From Lytechinus pictus (Eukaryota), in assembly GCF_037042905.1 (NCBI RefSeq), contig NC_087250.1, positions 17,176,001 to 17,240,000 on the forward strand: 64,000 nt of DNA, given 5' to 3'. Positions 12,959 through 24,454 of the stretch are shown here, piece after piece; position 1 is the stretch's first letter; every line of letters begins with the position of its first letter. The notes under the pieces are model-generated. The model was not told the DNA's origin and made no database searches. It worked only from the letters and a program-made list of their open reading frames with translations. The translations under genes were made by a program, and so were the position numbers.

Positions 12959-13308
12959 GTGCAAATTGTCAGACTATCTAGGCCTATGTCAGTCTGTAAT
13001 AATTTAATTGTTTGTAAGCATTTTTCAGGGGCCGCGGAAGCGGGGGGGGGGGGGCTGGTGGACTTCAGCCCCTCCACTTTTTTCAAAAATCGTGTACAAA
13101 TACGTAAAAAATACCATTATGATGTGATTTTGTCCATGGTTGCCCCCCCCCCCCCCCTCTTTGAAAACCGTTCCGCGGCCCCTGTTTTTACGTCCAAGTA
13201 TTTAACAAATTATTGTGATGTTTTATAAATTTAGATTGTTTCTTGTGATCAAGTTGCACTTATCGACTGATAATCATGATCAACCAAGTGCCTGATACGG
13301 TAAGTCGA

Positions 13309-13442
13309 TCAGATAGATAGATAGATAAGTGGGTGGGTGGATGGATGGATGGATGGATGGATGGATGGATGGATGGATGGATGGATGGATGGATAGATAG
13401 ATAGATAGACAGACAGACAGATATATAGATAGATAGATAGAT
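13309..13442 (+). repeat. Compound tetranucleotide microsatellite (GATA/GGAT/GACA)n
   Basis: Direct inspection. Confidence 0.95.
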
Positions 13443-14222
13443 ATATTTAGATACTATAATAGAAATGCAGGCAGGTATGCCGGGAATAGACCGGGGAATA
13501 GATCGATATATAATTATTGTTTCAGCACTATTTTGTTTAAGTGATTTGTATCATCTAGTTATAATATGTTGATCATTCATTTCTCTTTATTTCATTGATA
13601 CTTTAATCCTTTTCATTCCCCCTTCTTTTTAACCCCATATTGTCGATCCCGATACGTATTATTATTTTAATATTATATCTCATGATTACTTCATTCATTT
13701 ATCCATTCTAAGTTCACCTTTTCACTCCAAGACTCGCTCTGGCCATTAACCTATTACATAAATTATAGGTCCATGTTCTGGTCGAGTGCCCTCTATAGTT
13801 ACGTTACACATCACTGTAATAGTTGTCGGTAATGTTCGCACTTGTATTGATCAATTCATTTCATTATTATCTTTTTATTATTTATATCGTTTTGCTTTAG
13901 CCTTTTTATCAATTCTATATTCAATAGTAGGTTCCATGACATTTGCTCCGACGACAATTGCTCTGATGGAAAATCTGCACGTGGCGCCACACATAAAACC
14001 TAACCTCCAAACTAAATAAGACCTACTCCTAATATAACTTTTACAATATGCTTAGCCTAACTGTACCCCAGTGCCCTGTCATAATATATTGAGACCCGGG
14101 AGCAAATGTCGCGGGAGCATATGTCGTGTCACCCCCTTTTCACCCCAGTTCGCTCTGACCGTGCCCCCTTCGCATACCACGTTACTGCTGTAGGATAATC
14201 GTTGTAATAACTACATGTGTAT

Positions 14223-14474
14223 CAGTGGCGGATCCAGGCAAGGGCATATGCGCCCCCCCCCCCCCCTCCGTCTTGAGAGACATACCAATATTGTTAGGTC
14301 CCTCGTTCGTGAGGGACTTTTTTTTTTGCTTATCATATTTTTTCTGACATAATAAGTCACCATTAAGTGATTGATAGGGAGTGAAGTTATTTTTTTTTGG
14401 GGGGGGGGGGCTTGTTAAGTTTTTCTGTACAAAAATTCCCCTCCCCTCCTTTGAAAAATAAGGATCCGCCCCTG
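14223..14474. mobile_element. hAT-type MITE, 8-bp TSD
   Basis: cagtggcggatcc...ggatccgcccctg; TSD atgtgtat on both sides. Confidence 0.88.
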
Positions 14475-14570
14475 ATGTGTATCTATTTTATTACTTTTAT
14501 ATTCCTTTGATTACGCAGTATATATCTAGAAAAACTATTCATTGTTTAAGTTGCTTTTTTTCATCCGCAG

Positions 14571-14723
14571 ACTACGTCCGCTCCGGTAGACCCCCAAACA
14601 CACACCACTGTAATTGTGCGCCAAGCACAGCCAATGCCTGATGATCACTTCATATTCGCATTATTAGTTACCATATTTTGCTGTCTACCGCTTGGTGTGG
14701 TCGCAGTACTCAAATCGGTGAAT
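14571..14723 (+). CDS. CD225/dispanin paralogue A, coding exon 2
   Basis: ttttttcatccgcag| ... |gtaagt, 51 codons; TTSAPVDPQTHTTVIVRQAQPMPDDHFIFALLVTIFCCLPLGVVAVLKSVN matches the CD225 motif (P-D-Y/H...CCLPLG...S). Confidence 0.92.
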
Positions 14724-15490
14724 GTAAGTATGCGTCATAATACTAATAACATTATTAGTCATAATCATCTAATCATCATCGTCATCATCAACCTCATCCC
14801 CATCATCCACCATCATCATGATCATCATCACCACCACCATCGTCATCACCTTGAGCAGCAACAGCATCACAACAATATCGTCGTTGGCGTCGTCACCATC
14901 ATTTACTATAATCATCATCATCATCATCACCTCCATCACCACCACCAATACCATCATAATCATCATCATCACCTGACCAATCTCCTCACCTCTGCCACCA
15001 CCACCATCCTTATTGATTCACCTACGATTTTTTTAACAACATTGTGCTGCACTCAACCAAGGTGATATGAATGGATACCTATAGCAGGCTTGATTTTTTT
15101 TAGAAATTAACTGAGCAATGGGTTTGTTTTATTAATTAATTAATTAATTAATTAATCAATTAATTAATTAATTAGTTAATTCATATTCATTCATTCATTC
15201 TCATTTATTTATTTATTCATTCATTTATTTATGTATTTATTTATTTATCTATTCATTTAATCATTTATTCATTTATTAATCTATCTATATATTCATTTAT
15301 TTATTTTTTTTGGTATTAATTTATTGATTAATTAATTAATTTATTTATTTATTTATTTATTCACTTATTCCATTAAATCATTAATTTGTGCATTTATTTA
15401 TTTATTTATTTATTCATTCATTCAGTTATTTATTTATTTTATTTATTTATTTATTTACTCATGCATTAATTCTTTACCTTTTGTTTTCAG

Positions 15491-15673
15491 GTGAAGACTC
15501 GTTACAATGCAGGCGACATTGCCGGTGCTGAGCAGGCCTCAAAGGGAGCGAGTAAATGGGCCAAGATCGCACTCGTCATTGGTATCCTCTTCAACATCGC
15601 CTGGATAGTCGCCGTCTGTGTTTATTATTTCCTGTTCGTGAAGGCTGTAACGAGTGCGTTTGAGGGGTTTTGA
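15491..15673 (+). CDS. CD225/dispanin paralogue A, last coding exon
   Basis: ttttgttttcag| VKTRYNAGDIAGAEQASKGASKWAKIALVIGILFNIAWIVAVCVYYFLF...* ; GD-x-x-GA-x-x-AS loop plus TM helix. Confidence 0.92.
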   Translation: MKTRYNAGDIAGAEQASKGASKWAKIALVIGILFNIAWIVAVCVYYFLFVKAVTSAFEGF

Positions 15674-16051
15674 AGCTGGGGAGACTACTAAGGTGTATTG
15701 ATTACTGTGATCGATATCATTTCATCTGAGCATATTTTCCCGCCATCAAGGTGAAGAAAATGACTTTATAACATAATTCAATTATGAGAAAACGATGAAC
15801 ATGAAGAAACTATAAAGGGTTATGACAAGTTCGCAAGGCTCCTTTTTTACGGAGAGGAGCGGGCATTTTATTCATCAATAAAATGAAATGAGTTCTCGTC
15901 GACAAAATGGTCGACCATGGAAGTAAATGTATAATGAGTCAATATTTGCTATATAAAGTAGAGGCAAATTTGCATTACTTGACTTATTTTGATGTGCCAT
16001 CGGTAATTTGGTTCATTTGCATTTTAGAGTGAGAAAGGGAAAGCTTTAGAT

Positions 16052-16394
16052 CACTAGCGTACCTACGGGGGGGGGGGCAGAGGGGGCAGTCTGCCCCCCC
16101 CCCCTGACGAGCCACAACCCATGCAAAGGACGTATCCCTGCCCCCCTGACGAGCTTGAAATACCTTTTTTTGCCCTCCCCCCTGACGAGCTTGAAGACCT
16201 TTATTGCCCCCCTGACGAGCTTGAAGCTCTTTTATTTTTATTTTTTTTATTTTATTTTTTTGCTTGTCAATTTTTTTTTCTGGTCGAAATCCTTCATTTG
16301 TGATTGAAAACCTTTTTTTTTTTTGCTTGTCAAATTTTTTGGCGGACGGTTTTGCCCCCCCCCCCCCCCGTGGAAAATCCTAGGTACGCCACTG
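16052..16394. mobile_element. hAT-type MITE, 8-bp TSD
   Basis: cactagcgtacct...aggtacgccactg; TSD ctttagat; internal ccccctgacgagcttgaa repeats. Confidence 0.88.
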
Positions 16395-16965
16395 CTTTAG
16401 ATCCACTAGAAACAAATGTTAGCATTATCAATCAGTATCTCGGGGGTTGTCTATAGGGATTGTTTCATTAACTTTAAAATCAATTTTTAAGTCCGAGATT
16501 CTAATTGATGTCACAGCTCCGGAAAATAAGCAACATGTTTTATAAGTTTTTTTAATGGTTTGCAGCAGGTGGTGTTACATCAGTCTTAATATTGATTTTA
16601 AGGTTGATTTATTTATTTATTTATTTATTTATTGATATATTCATATTCCACAATCATCAAAGTACATTTATAATAAATCATTTTAACACTGAAAAAAATG
16701 CATAACACACAGGATTGAAACGTAGCAATGAAATGAAAAAAGTGGAGGGGCCTACTAAAAAGCAAAGCTTGTAAAATGTAGACCCCCTATCAAAATTATT
16801 ATTATTTGATGAAACAATCCCTGTTAATGATGGTGTTGTTGATAATGATGATGATGATGATTGTGATGGTGATGATGATGGTGATGATGATAATGATGAT
16901 GATGATGATGATGATGATGATTATGATGATGATGGTGATGATGATGATGATGATTGTGATGGTGA

Positions 16966-17227
16966 CATTGGCGGCGGAAGCCAAAAATTTTAGGGGGGAA
17001 CCACAAATTTTTTTTGACAAGCAAAAAAAAAAAAAAAAAAAAATCAACCAAAAATTTTTGAGGGGACGCAGAAAAAAAAAATTGACAAACAAGCAACAAC
17101 AACAAAAAAATTGACAAGCAAAAAAAAAAAAAAAAAAAAAGGTTATCAACTAAAAATCTAAGGGGGCCGTCCCCCACCTAAAATTTAGGGGGGACACGTC
17201 CCCCCCGCCCCGCTTCCGCCGCCTATG
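16966..17227. mobile_element. hAT-type MITE inserted in a (GAT)n microsatellite
   Basis: cattggcggcggaagc...gcttccgccgcctatg; TSD gatggtga. Confidence 0.85.
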
Positions 17228-17542
17228 GATGGTGATAATGATGGTGATGATGATGATGATGATGATGATATTGTCAGTGGCGGTAGTGGTAGTTGGTGAT
17301 GGCAACGATGCTAGTAATACTATTTGTCATTTGTGGTTGTACATTGGAATGTTGGATATCACAATGATAATGATAGTCATCATAATCAAATCAAAATGCC
17401 ATCAATAACAATAACACAATTTTTACAAAACATTAAAGACGGCCATGAATTGGTTCAAACGCAACTCAAAATATCAAACGCAAGACAGAAACGCTCGATT
17501 GTGATTGGATGAAAGTCAATATGCGTTCAAGTTTATTTCCAT

Positions 17543-17602
17543 CAACGAACGTAGAGGGCAGCAACACTGACTGTCATGTGTTGCTGCCCTCTACGTTCAT
17601 TG
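17543..17602. mobile_element. 60-bp TIR-only derivative of the 9886-11524 family
   Basis: Same caacgaacgtagagggcagcaacac TIRs with ~10-bp spacer; degenerate TSD atttccat/attaccac. Confidence 0.8.
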
Positions 17603-17632
17603 ATTACCACTCTTTCTGAAGCGAGCTGCTCC

Positions 17633-17666
17633 CACTGAACTAGAAATACGTATTTCTAGTTCAGTG
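17633..17666. mobile_element. 34-bp perfect palindrome (17+17) with exact 8-bp TSD; probable transposon excision footprint
   Basis: gctgctcc|CACTGAACTAGAAATAC GTATTTCTAGTTCAGTG|gctgctcc. Confidence 0.8.
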
Positions 17667-18664
17667 GCTGCTCCTGACGAATGACAGTGATGCAAAATGA
17701 TTTGAACTTTGATCCTGGCTCGCCGAACAACGTATATTCAAATGTGTACACAAACGCAAGGGAAGGTTCCCTTTTGGGTTATTTCAATCATTTATTAACC
17801 ATTATTACGTCATATAAGTTAATTAAAAAGGGTCCGTTCCCAATGACATTATTAGGATATAAGTGGTGATTAAAGTACAAAATCAGAAAAATAAACTCGA
17901 TATCGTAAATTAATTGCACTTCATTACCATAAATAAGATGGAGAATTAATATATATTGGATGATTTACCATAATACAGATAGAATGGACCAAAATAACGG
18001 CACATGCTTGGTAACTCACCTATAATATTAATTTATTTTCCGAAATCTCGCGTATATGACGATTTTGCCGTCGGTGGGAACGAGGCGGTATATTACCTTT
18101 AAACAGGTTCTGTGTATTATCTTTTTCATTGAAACATCAGTCTGCATTCAATTTCAATAAGGCTTTAGGAACAACAAACGTCGATGTTGAAGACAAAGGC
18201 AAGATTTAAAATCAATTTGTTTTCAGGATTGCATCGCGGGTAAGTTTAACAAATTACAATATTCTAAAACTGATTTAAAATATTCTTTAACCCTGATGAT
18301 TCTGATTAATGTACAAAGGAGGTATTTTTATTTACTACAATTTGTATAGATTAACCGTTATGCGATAGAGTGTAGTACTAGTAGTGGTATAGAAGTATAA
18401 ATTGAAGAAGAAGAAGGGGAAAAAGAAGAAGAAATAGTAGTAGTATAGTAGTAGTAGTAGTAGTAATAGTAATGGTAGTAGTAGTAGTAGTAGTACTAGT
18501 ACTAGTAGTAGTAGTAGTAGTAGTAGAAGCAGTAGTAGTAGTAGTAGTAGAATGAGAAGATGAAGAAGAAGGAGAATATTGATAATAATAATGTTTATAA
18601 TAACAACAAGAAGAAGTAGTAGTAGTAGTAGTATTAGTAGTAGTAGTAGTAATAGTAGTAGTAA

Positions 18665-18703
<39 letters not shown>

Positions 18704-18746
18704 AAGTAGTAGTAGTAGTAGTAGTAGAAGTAGTAGTAGTAGTAGT

Positions 18747-18782
18747 CAGGCGCGTTGCCAGGGGGCGGTCGCCCCCCCCCCC

Positions 18783-18821
<39 letters not shown>

Positions 18822-20263
18822 CCAAAAGAAAAAAAAAAAAAAAGAGAGGAGAAAAGGAAAAGCGAAGGGAAGAAAGGTAGCTTTGTGGGTTTTTCTTTAA
18901 CTTTTTTCTCAAAAGAAGTAGTACCTTAACGAAACTTCTTCACTCTCGCTTTACATTTATATATATAAATTTTGCTTCCGCGCTTTGCGCGGTTAAATGA
19001 CAATATTGCAGTTCTCCTTTGTTTTCCTCACCCTTTCTCTAACCCTGTTTTTCCACCTCGGCTATATGACTAATGTGTTTCTTGCCAGTTAAAGTTCAAA
19101 TGTATACATTAGGGCATGAAATTAGAGTGAGGTTAGACCGAAGTATATGAAGTTATCTTTTTTTTTTCAAATTGATCACGCAACATTTTTTCAAATTGAT
19201 CACGCAACATTTCCGCATTTCTGGTCGGGCCGGCCGGCCGGCCCGGGCGGGTAAAATCTTTAAATCAATTTCTGGCGTTACCCCATATAGGCCACTTCTC
19301 CCACTTGTCAGCTCAGCTCATTACTAAACAACCATATTTATTTTTTTCTTTTTTTGGGGGGAGCAAACAGGCTCCTCAATTAAAAAGAGGAAGGTGTAAA
19401 ATTCGTGTCGTACAAATAAAAAAAGTACAATATTTTTATCAGTTTCACTGAAATTTCATGACATTTCCTTGCACATTAGTCTCCTGTCTTGTTTTGCGCC
19501 CTCAGTTTGAAATTTTGAATGGCACTTAGGTTTCTTTATCATTCAAAATGAAGCTCTTCAGGATGAGTCAAAGAAACTATACGCCATCCTTTTTTATATA
19601 ATTTCAATAAAGCACAGAAGTTTCAACATTTTGCGCTTTATTTTCCTTGTGAAGAGGTTCAATAATCTTAAAAAATCAATTGAATGAGAGCCGATGGGGT
19701 ATTAGAGATATCTGCATTTGATGAAACGTCCGCCCTTTGGCATTGCTCTGCGCGGGGAGGAATCTCTTCCTCCTGGTATACATACCCTTCTTTTCTGTTT
19801 ATGCGAATTAAATGCACTGTCTAAAAATTTTATATACTCAAATCTGATTTTTCCAAGGAAAGCATTTAATATAACTTAGAGAATACCCTTTTCCCGGGAC
19901 TCTTTTCTTTTTCCAAAAAAATGATAAAGCACTTTAGGTTCCGCGCTTTGCGTGGGGTAATTATTATTCCTCCATTTACCCTTTTTTGTGCGTTCACATT
20001 CACTTTTGAAAATAAGGATCAAAATCACAATGAATTCAACTGAATTGGAGCTGATACAGGTACTAGAGACAAGAGAGACGGTTCCTTTTCATTTTAATTC
20101 ATGAAACATCGAAAGCTTCGCGCTTCGCGCCGGAGGGGGAAACTCCCCCTCCCTCCACCCATCCCCTAGCTAGGGAGCGCGCTCTGTAAGTATTGGCACC
20201 AGATTGGCACGCTTTGCGTGCAATTACCGCCCCCTCCAAAATGAAATCCTGGCTACGAGGTTG
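18747..20263. mobile_element. hAT-type element splitting a long (GTA)n microsatellite (18435-18746 and 20264-20421)
   Basis: caggcgcgttgccagg...cctggctacgaggttg; flanks gtagtagt/gtagtaat. Confidence 0.7.
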
Positions 20264-20299
20264 GTAGTAATAGAAGTAATAGTAGAAGTAGAAGTAGAA

Positions 20300-20366
<67 letters not shown>

Positions 20367-20367
20367 C

Positions 20368-20399
<32 letters not shown>

Positions 20400-20612
20400 C
20401 AGTAGTAGTAGTAGTAGTAGTATATACAACATTTCTTAATGGTTTTGAGCAAACCAAATGTTTGGCGTAATCAAAATGAAAAATCATTTATAAGGAAAGA
20501 CCGAAAACATAAAGTCTAAAATACTAGACCATTTAATCTTTTCATTACCAAAATCAATTCAGGGTTATAATTTTCACAGAAAAAACGAGAACAAGCGAAA
20601 GATACATCTACT

Positions 20613-20879
20613 ATGGCAGGCGTGGCTCAGACTCAGCATGAAAAGTCAGCACAGCCTCCTACCTACCAACAAACTCTTCCCCTAGCCACGCCTACTAACC
20701 CACCACAGTATCAGCCTCCAACCGAACAGCCAAGCACCGCCCACTATGCAGCACTGCCATCGAATCAGGCGTGGCAAGCACCGAGTAGCTCCGTCCCTCC
20801 ACCACCCACCTATAATGCGCAGTATATCGTCCAACAGCCTGGAACATACGTCTATCAGACCCACCCACAAACATTTCAG
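20613..20879 (+). CDS. CD225/dispanin paralogue B (PRRT1-like), coding exon 1, Pro/Gln/Tyr-rich N-terminus
   Basis: ATG 20613, 89 codons, phase-0 donor CAG|gtataa; candidate upstream UTR donor at 18239/18240. Confidence 0.85.
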
Positions 20880-21311
20880 GTATAACAAGAGTAATTCTTG
20901 GACATTTCATTATCAACAATTTCAAGTTTTCTCCATAGATTAGAATATTCTTTTGGTGATCGTTTTATAATTTGGGGCAGTCGACCCTATGTTCCTATAA
21001 ATGGAAGACAAGACATTCACAGGCTGAGCACACTTAGGGAATGGTCAAAATAAATATTGTGTTGGTGAATATGATTTTCCGATCACTCCTCTCCTTCCAA
21101 CCCGTCTCCCCCCATCAAAAAAAAATGTGAGAAATAATTTGGTTGGTCGTTGTTGTTGTTTTTTTTTACAATTATTGTGGGTCTATCCCATCAAATGCGA
21201 AATTCAGAGATGAGATCATGCTTCAGAAATGCATTCGATCCAGATTAGCTCAAGTTTAACAACTAGCTGGAACAAATTATGAAATTAATTTCGTTCCATG
21301 TCATTTTCAAG

Positions 21312-21443
21312 ACTTCTAATCAGCAGAGCGTGACCGTCATTCAGGCCAACACTGCCCCGCAGGACTATTTCAGCTTCAGCCTCTTCGTAATGCTCTGCTG
21401 CTGCCTACCACTTGGTATTGTTGCTATTGTGAAATCTGGGGAG
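21312..21443 (+). CDS. CD225/dispanin paralogue B, coding exon 2
   Basis: TSNQQSVTVIQANTAPQDYFSFSLFVMLCCCLPLGIVAIVKSGE|gtaagc; acceptor may be 21311, 21323 or 21326 (all in frame). Confidence 0.9.
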
Positions 21444-22158
21444 GTAAGCCAAAAAAAAGAGTTATTAAAAATAAAATAAATAAATAAAAGAATGAATGAA
21501 TGAATAAATAAATAAATAAGTTGTAAAATATAAAACTAAAAAAATGAAATGTAAATAAATAAATAATAGATAAATGAATGAATAAATAAATAAATAAATA
21601 AAAGAATAAATAAATACATGTAAATGAATTTTCAAAAAATGAATAAATTAAATGCAACTGAAAATGGATGGATACAGCAGTGGATAGTTGCTCGGGTTGA
21701 AAGCTTGATAGAGGGTTTTCACCGTTTTTTTTTTTTTTTTTTTTTTTGGGGGGGGGGGGGTGTGGGGTTGTTTTTAGTTAAATTTTTTTTTCTTAGATAT
21801 ATTTTCTCCTTTTCTTTTTTGATTTTTTCTCCCCCCCCCCCACATTCTTGTAAGTAGCACACCGGGTGTGTCCCCTATTTCATGCGGTTACCCTAGGCCT
21901 ACTGGATCTATCTACGGTCATGACGGTATCTAGGTATTCCGGGGTGTTTTTTTTTTATTGTTTGTTATAAATATAGTTAACTTCTTTTAGTTTTCAAGAT
22001 TTAACTTTCGTCCCCCCCCCCCCCCCCCCCCCCCCCCTCTGTATGTAGCACCCTGTGTGTGCTCCAGTCCTCTAAGTCCATGCATGCAGTCACCCGGCCT
22101 ACTCTGTCTACGGTAGATATTAACATCTTCTTTGTGTAATATTTTTATCTCCGTGCAG

Positions 22159-22335
22159 GTCAAGACGAAGGCTTCAGTCGGCGACATGGCCGGTGCCAGG
22201 ATGGCGTCCATGGAGACCAAACGATATGCCTGGATCGGCTGTTCTATCGGTCTCATTATATGGATCGTTGGGATAATATGCCTGTCAGTGTGGATTGCAT
22301 TCATCGTTAAGGATTGTAGTGATGGTTATTGTTAA
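22159..22335 (+). CDS. CD225/dispanin paralogue B, last coding exon
   Basis: tttatctccgtgcag| VKTKASVGDMAGARMASMETKRYAWIGCSIGLIIWIVGIICLSVWIAFIV...*; full protein ~191 aa. Confidence 0.92.
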   Translation, partial: VKTKASVGDMAGARMASMETKRYAWIGCSIGLIIWIVGIICLSVWIAFIVKDCSDGYC

Positions 22336-24454
22336 GGAGGATTTGGGAAGGGATGGATGAGGGGTGGGGAGGGGGCGCGGGCATTGCACTCATGGGCGTG
22401 TCTATTATAAACACGCCCGCGAATGCAACCCCCCCCCCCCGAATGGGTGGAGAGGGGGCGCATGACATCACTCTGTTCAATGGGGGTTGACACAATCAAA
22501 TCTCCGTCAACTCTTGTTTGAAGCGGGGGCTCCCTCCTGGTGAAAGTACATCAGTGAAGAACCCTATCACAAAAAAAACTTAATTTCTATCATTTAGCCC
22601 CCCCCCCCCAAACACGTACCATCGCCATCACCACCACCCATCTTTCAAAGTTTCTTGGTGCCGAAGATATATGGGCCCCGTCTTACAAAGAGTTACGATT
22701 GGGCCAATCAACCACAACCAAGGAAAGCCAGCAACGCCAAAATCTAAATTTCAAGTTTGTACAAAATGTATTTTGTTATTAAAGGTGATGATGTGATCTA
22801 TATAGAGGCTAATAAGAGTCGGAACAAGAATAATTAGGCCTATTCGTGTATGACATTTATGAATAAGTCAAGGACTTTTCTCTCATCCGACTAAAACTTT
22901 TCGAAATCCACAACCCCCTCCATTTTCAGCTCACATTTACACCACGATCATCAGTTCTGTTGGCATGCACACTTTATAATGATATTGTAAAAACTCTTAA
23001 TTTTGATATTTCATACGATCATCTGTCTGAGATATTATTTATAATTGAAGTACGTTCTTGTGATGTATTAATGTTGATGTTTGTTTTGTATTTACACGCA
23101 TTCGTTGTTGTGATGGTTATACAAAAGTATAAATAGATAAGTCATACAATGTATAAGTATTCAAGAAGAAAAAAAAAACGAAATTAGGGAGAAATATCAA
23201 TGATGTATCGTTACTTTAATACAAATTTAAATACAAATTTGATACACAAAACAGTGTTTTGGTGTAATACGCAGTGGCTTAAGAAAGAAAGTGATCGACA
23301 GAAGGAGATAGAGAGGGGGAGGGAGAGAAAGAGGGGGAGGGAGGGGCGAGATGGAGAGAGCAGGTTAGAAAGAGGATTCACACTGTTGAAATTCTCAAAT
23401 TTAACAGTGTGAAGGTAATTTCACATTATTGTGTTCCACACTGAACACACTGTGAACACGCTGTGGGCACTGTGTTCTTTCCAGTAGGGCACACTCACCA
23501 AAAAAGCCGCGGGAATCTTGATTGGAAGCGGGTGCAAAAAATGATGAACCCGGAGAATTCAGGGGGGGGGGGGGGACTCGAAAAAAGGGAAGTAAACTGA
23601 GAATGATTATAGAAGCCATATTTTTAAAATAGGGCATATAGAAATTGCCGAATCCCCCGGCCGTTCGCCGCCCTTCCCCATGCATCAAAACAATTTTGCT
23701 CCACACCGCCACCGCCGAATACTATTTTAAAATGTGCTTTATATTCATTTTCTAAGGAAAAGTTGGAAGATGTTAATTCACTCCCCGACCCTTATAAAAA
23801 AGAAAATAATTAAGCCTATTGAAAAGACTGGCTTGAAAGAGAAAAAAATGAGTAAATAAAGCAAAATGCTGACAATTTGATCAAAATCGGATTTAGAAAA
23901 AAAAAATTATGACACCTTTAACAAAGTTTCGGATATTTTCACAAAAGAGTTGAAAAATATCATGGTCGGTATACAAAATGAGATCGATGACGTCACCCAC
24001 TCACACCCCCCCCCCCCCCCGAAATGCGAAACAAAGTTTGATTCCAGCTACCTGAACAGGAGGGATTGCCATTGCTGCTACTCACATGACTCGGGGGCCG
24101 CGGAACGGATTTGAAGCCGGGGGGGGGGGGGGCTCACCATGCAAAATATCACAATCAGATGGTCATTGTTATGCTTTGTACTTAGTTTGGGGATAAAAGT
24201 GCTGTAAAAGTGGAGGGGGGGGGGGGTTGAAGCCCCTCCCAGCCCCCCCCCCCCCCCCCGGCTCGCGGCGACGTACTGCTCCCGACTGTGATTCAATCCC
24301 CTTACTGTCAAATCTACAAAATATGATAGTGTGGAGAATACAGTTTAATCCCTTGGGCTTGGACCGATGAACAGGCATAGTCCAATAGCATCGTTGGATA
24401 AAAGTAAAGTATATTATTCATTTCATTAATTTGAATAAAAAATCGTGAGTGTAT

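Noticed and set aside
14724..15065. His-rich extension of ORF 14616-15065
   Set aside because: Lies after a canonical gtaagt donor; intronic (CAT/CAC)n microsatellite.
16802..20487. Poly-M/H/T/S/Y/V ORFs
   Set aside because: (GAT)n and (GTA)n microsatellites.
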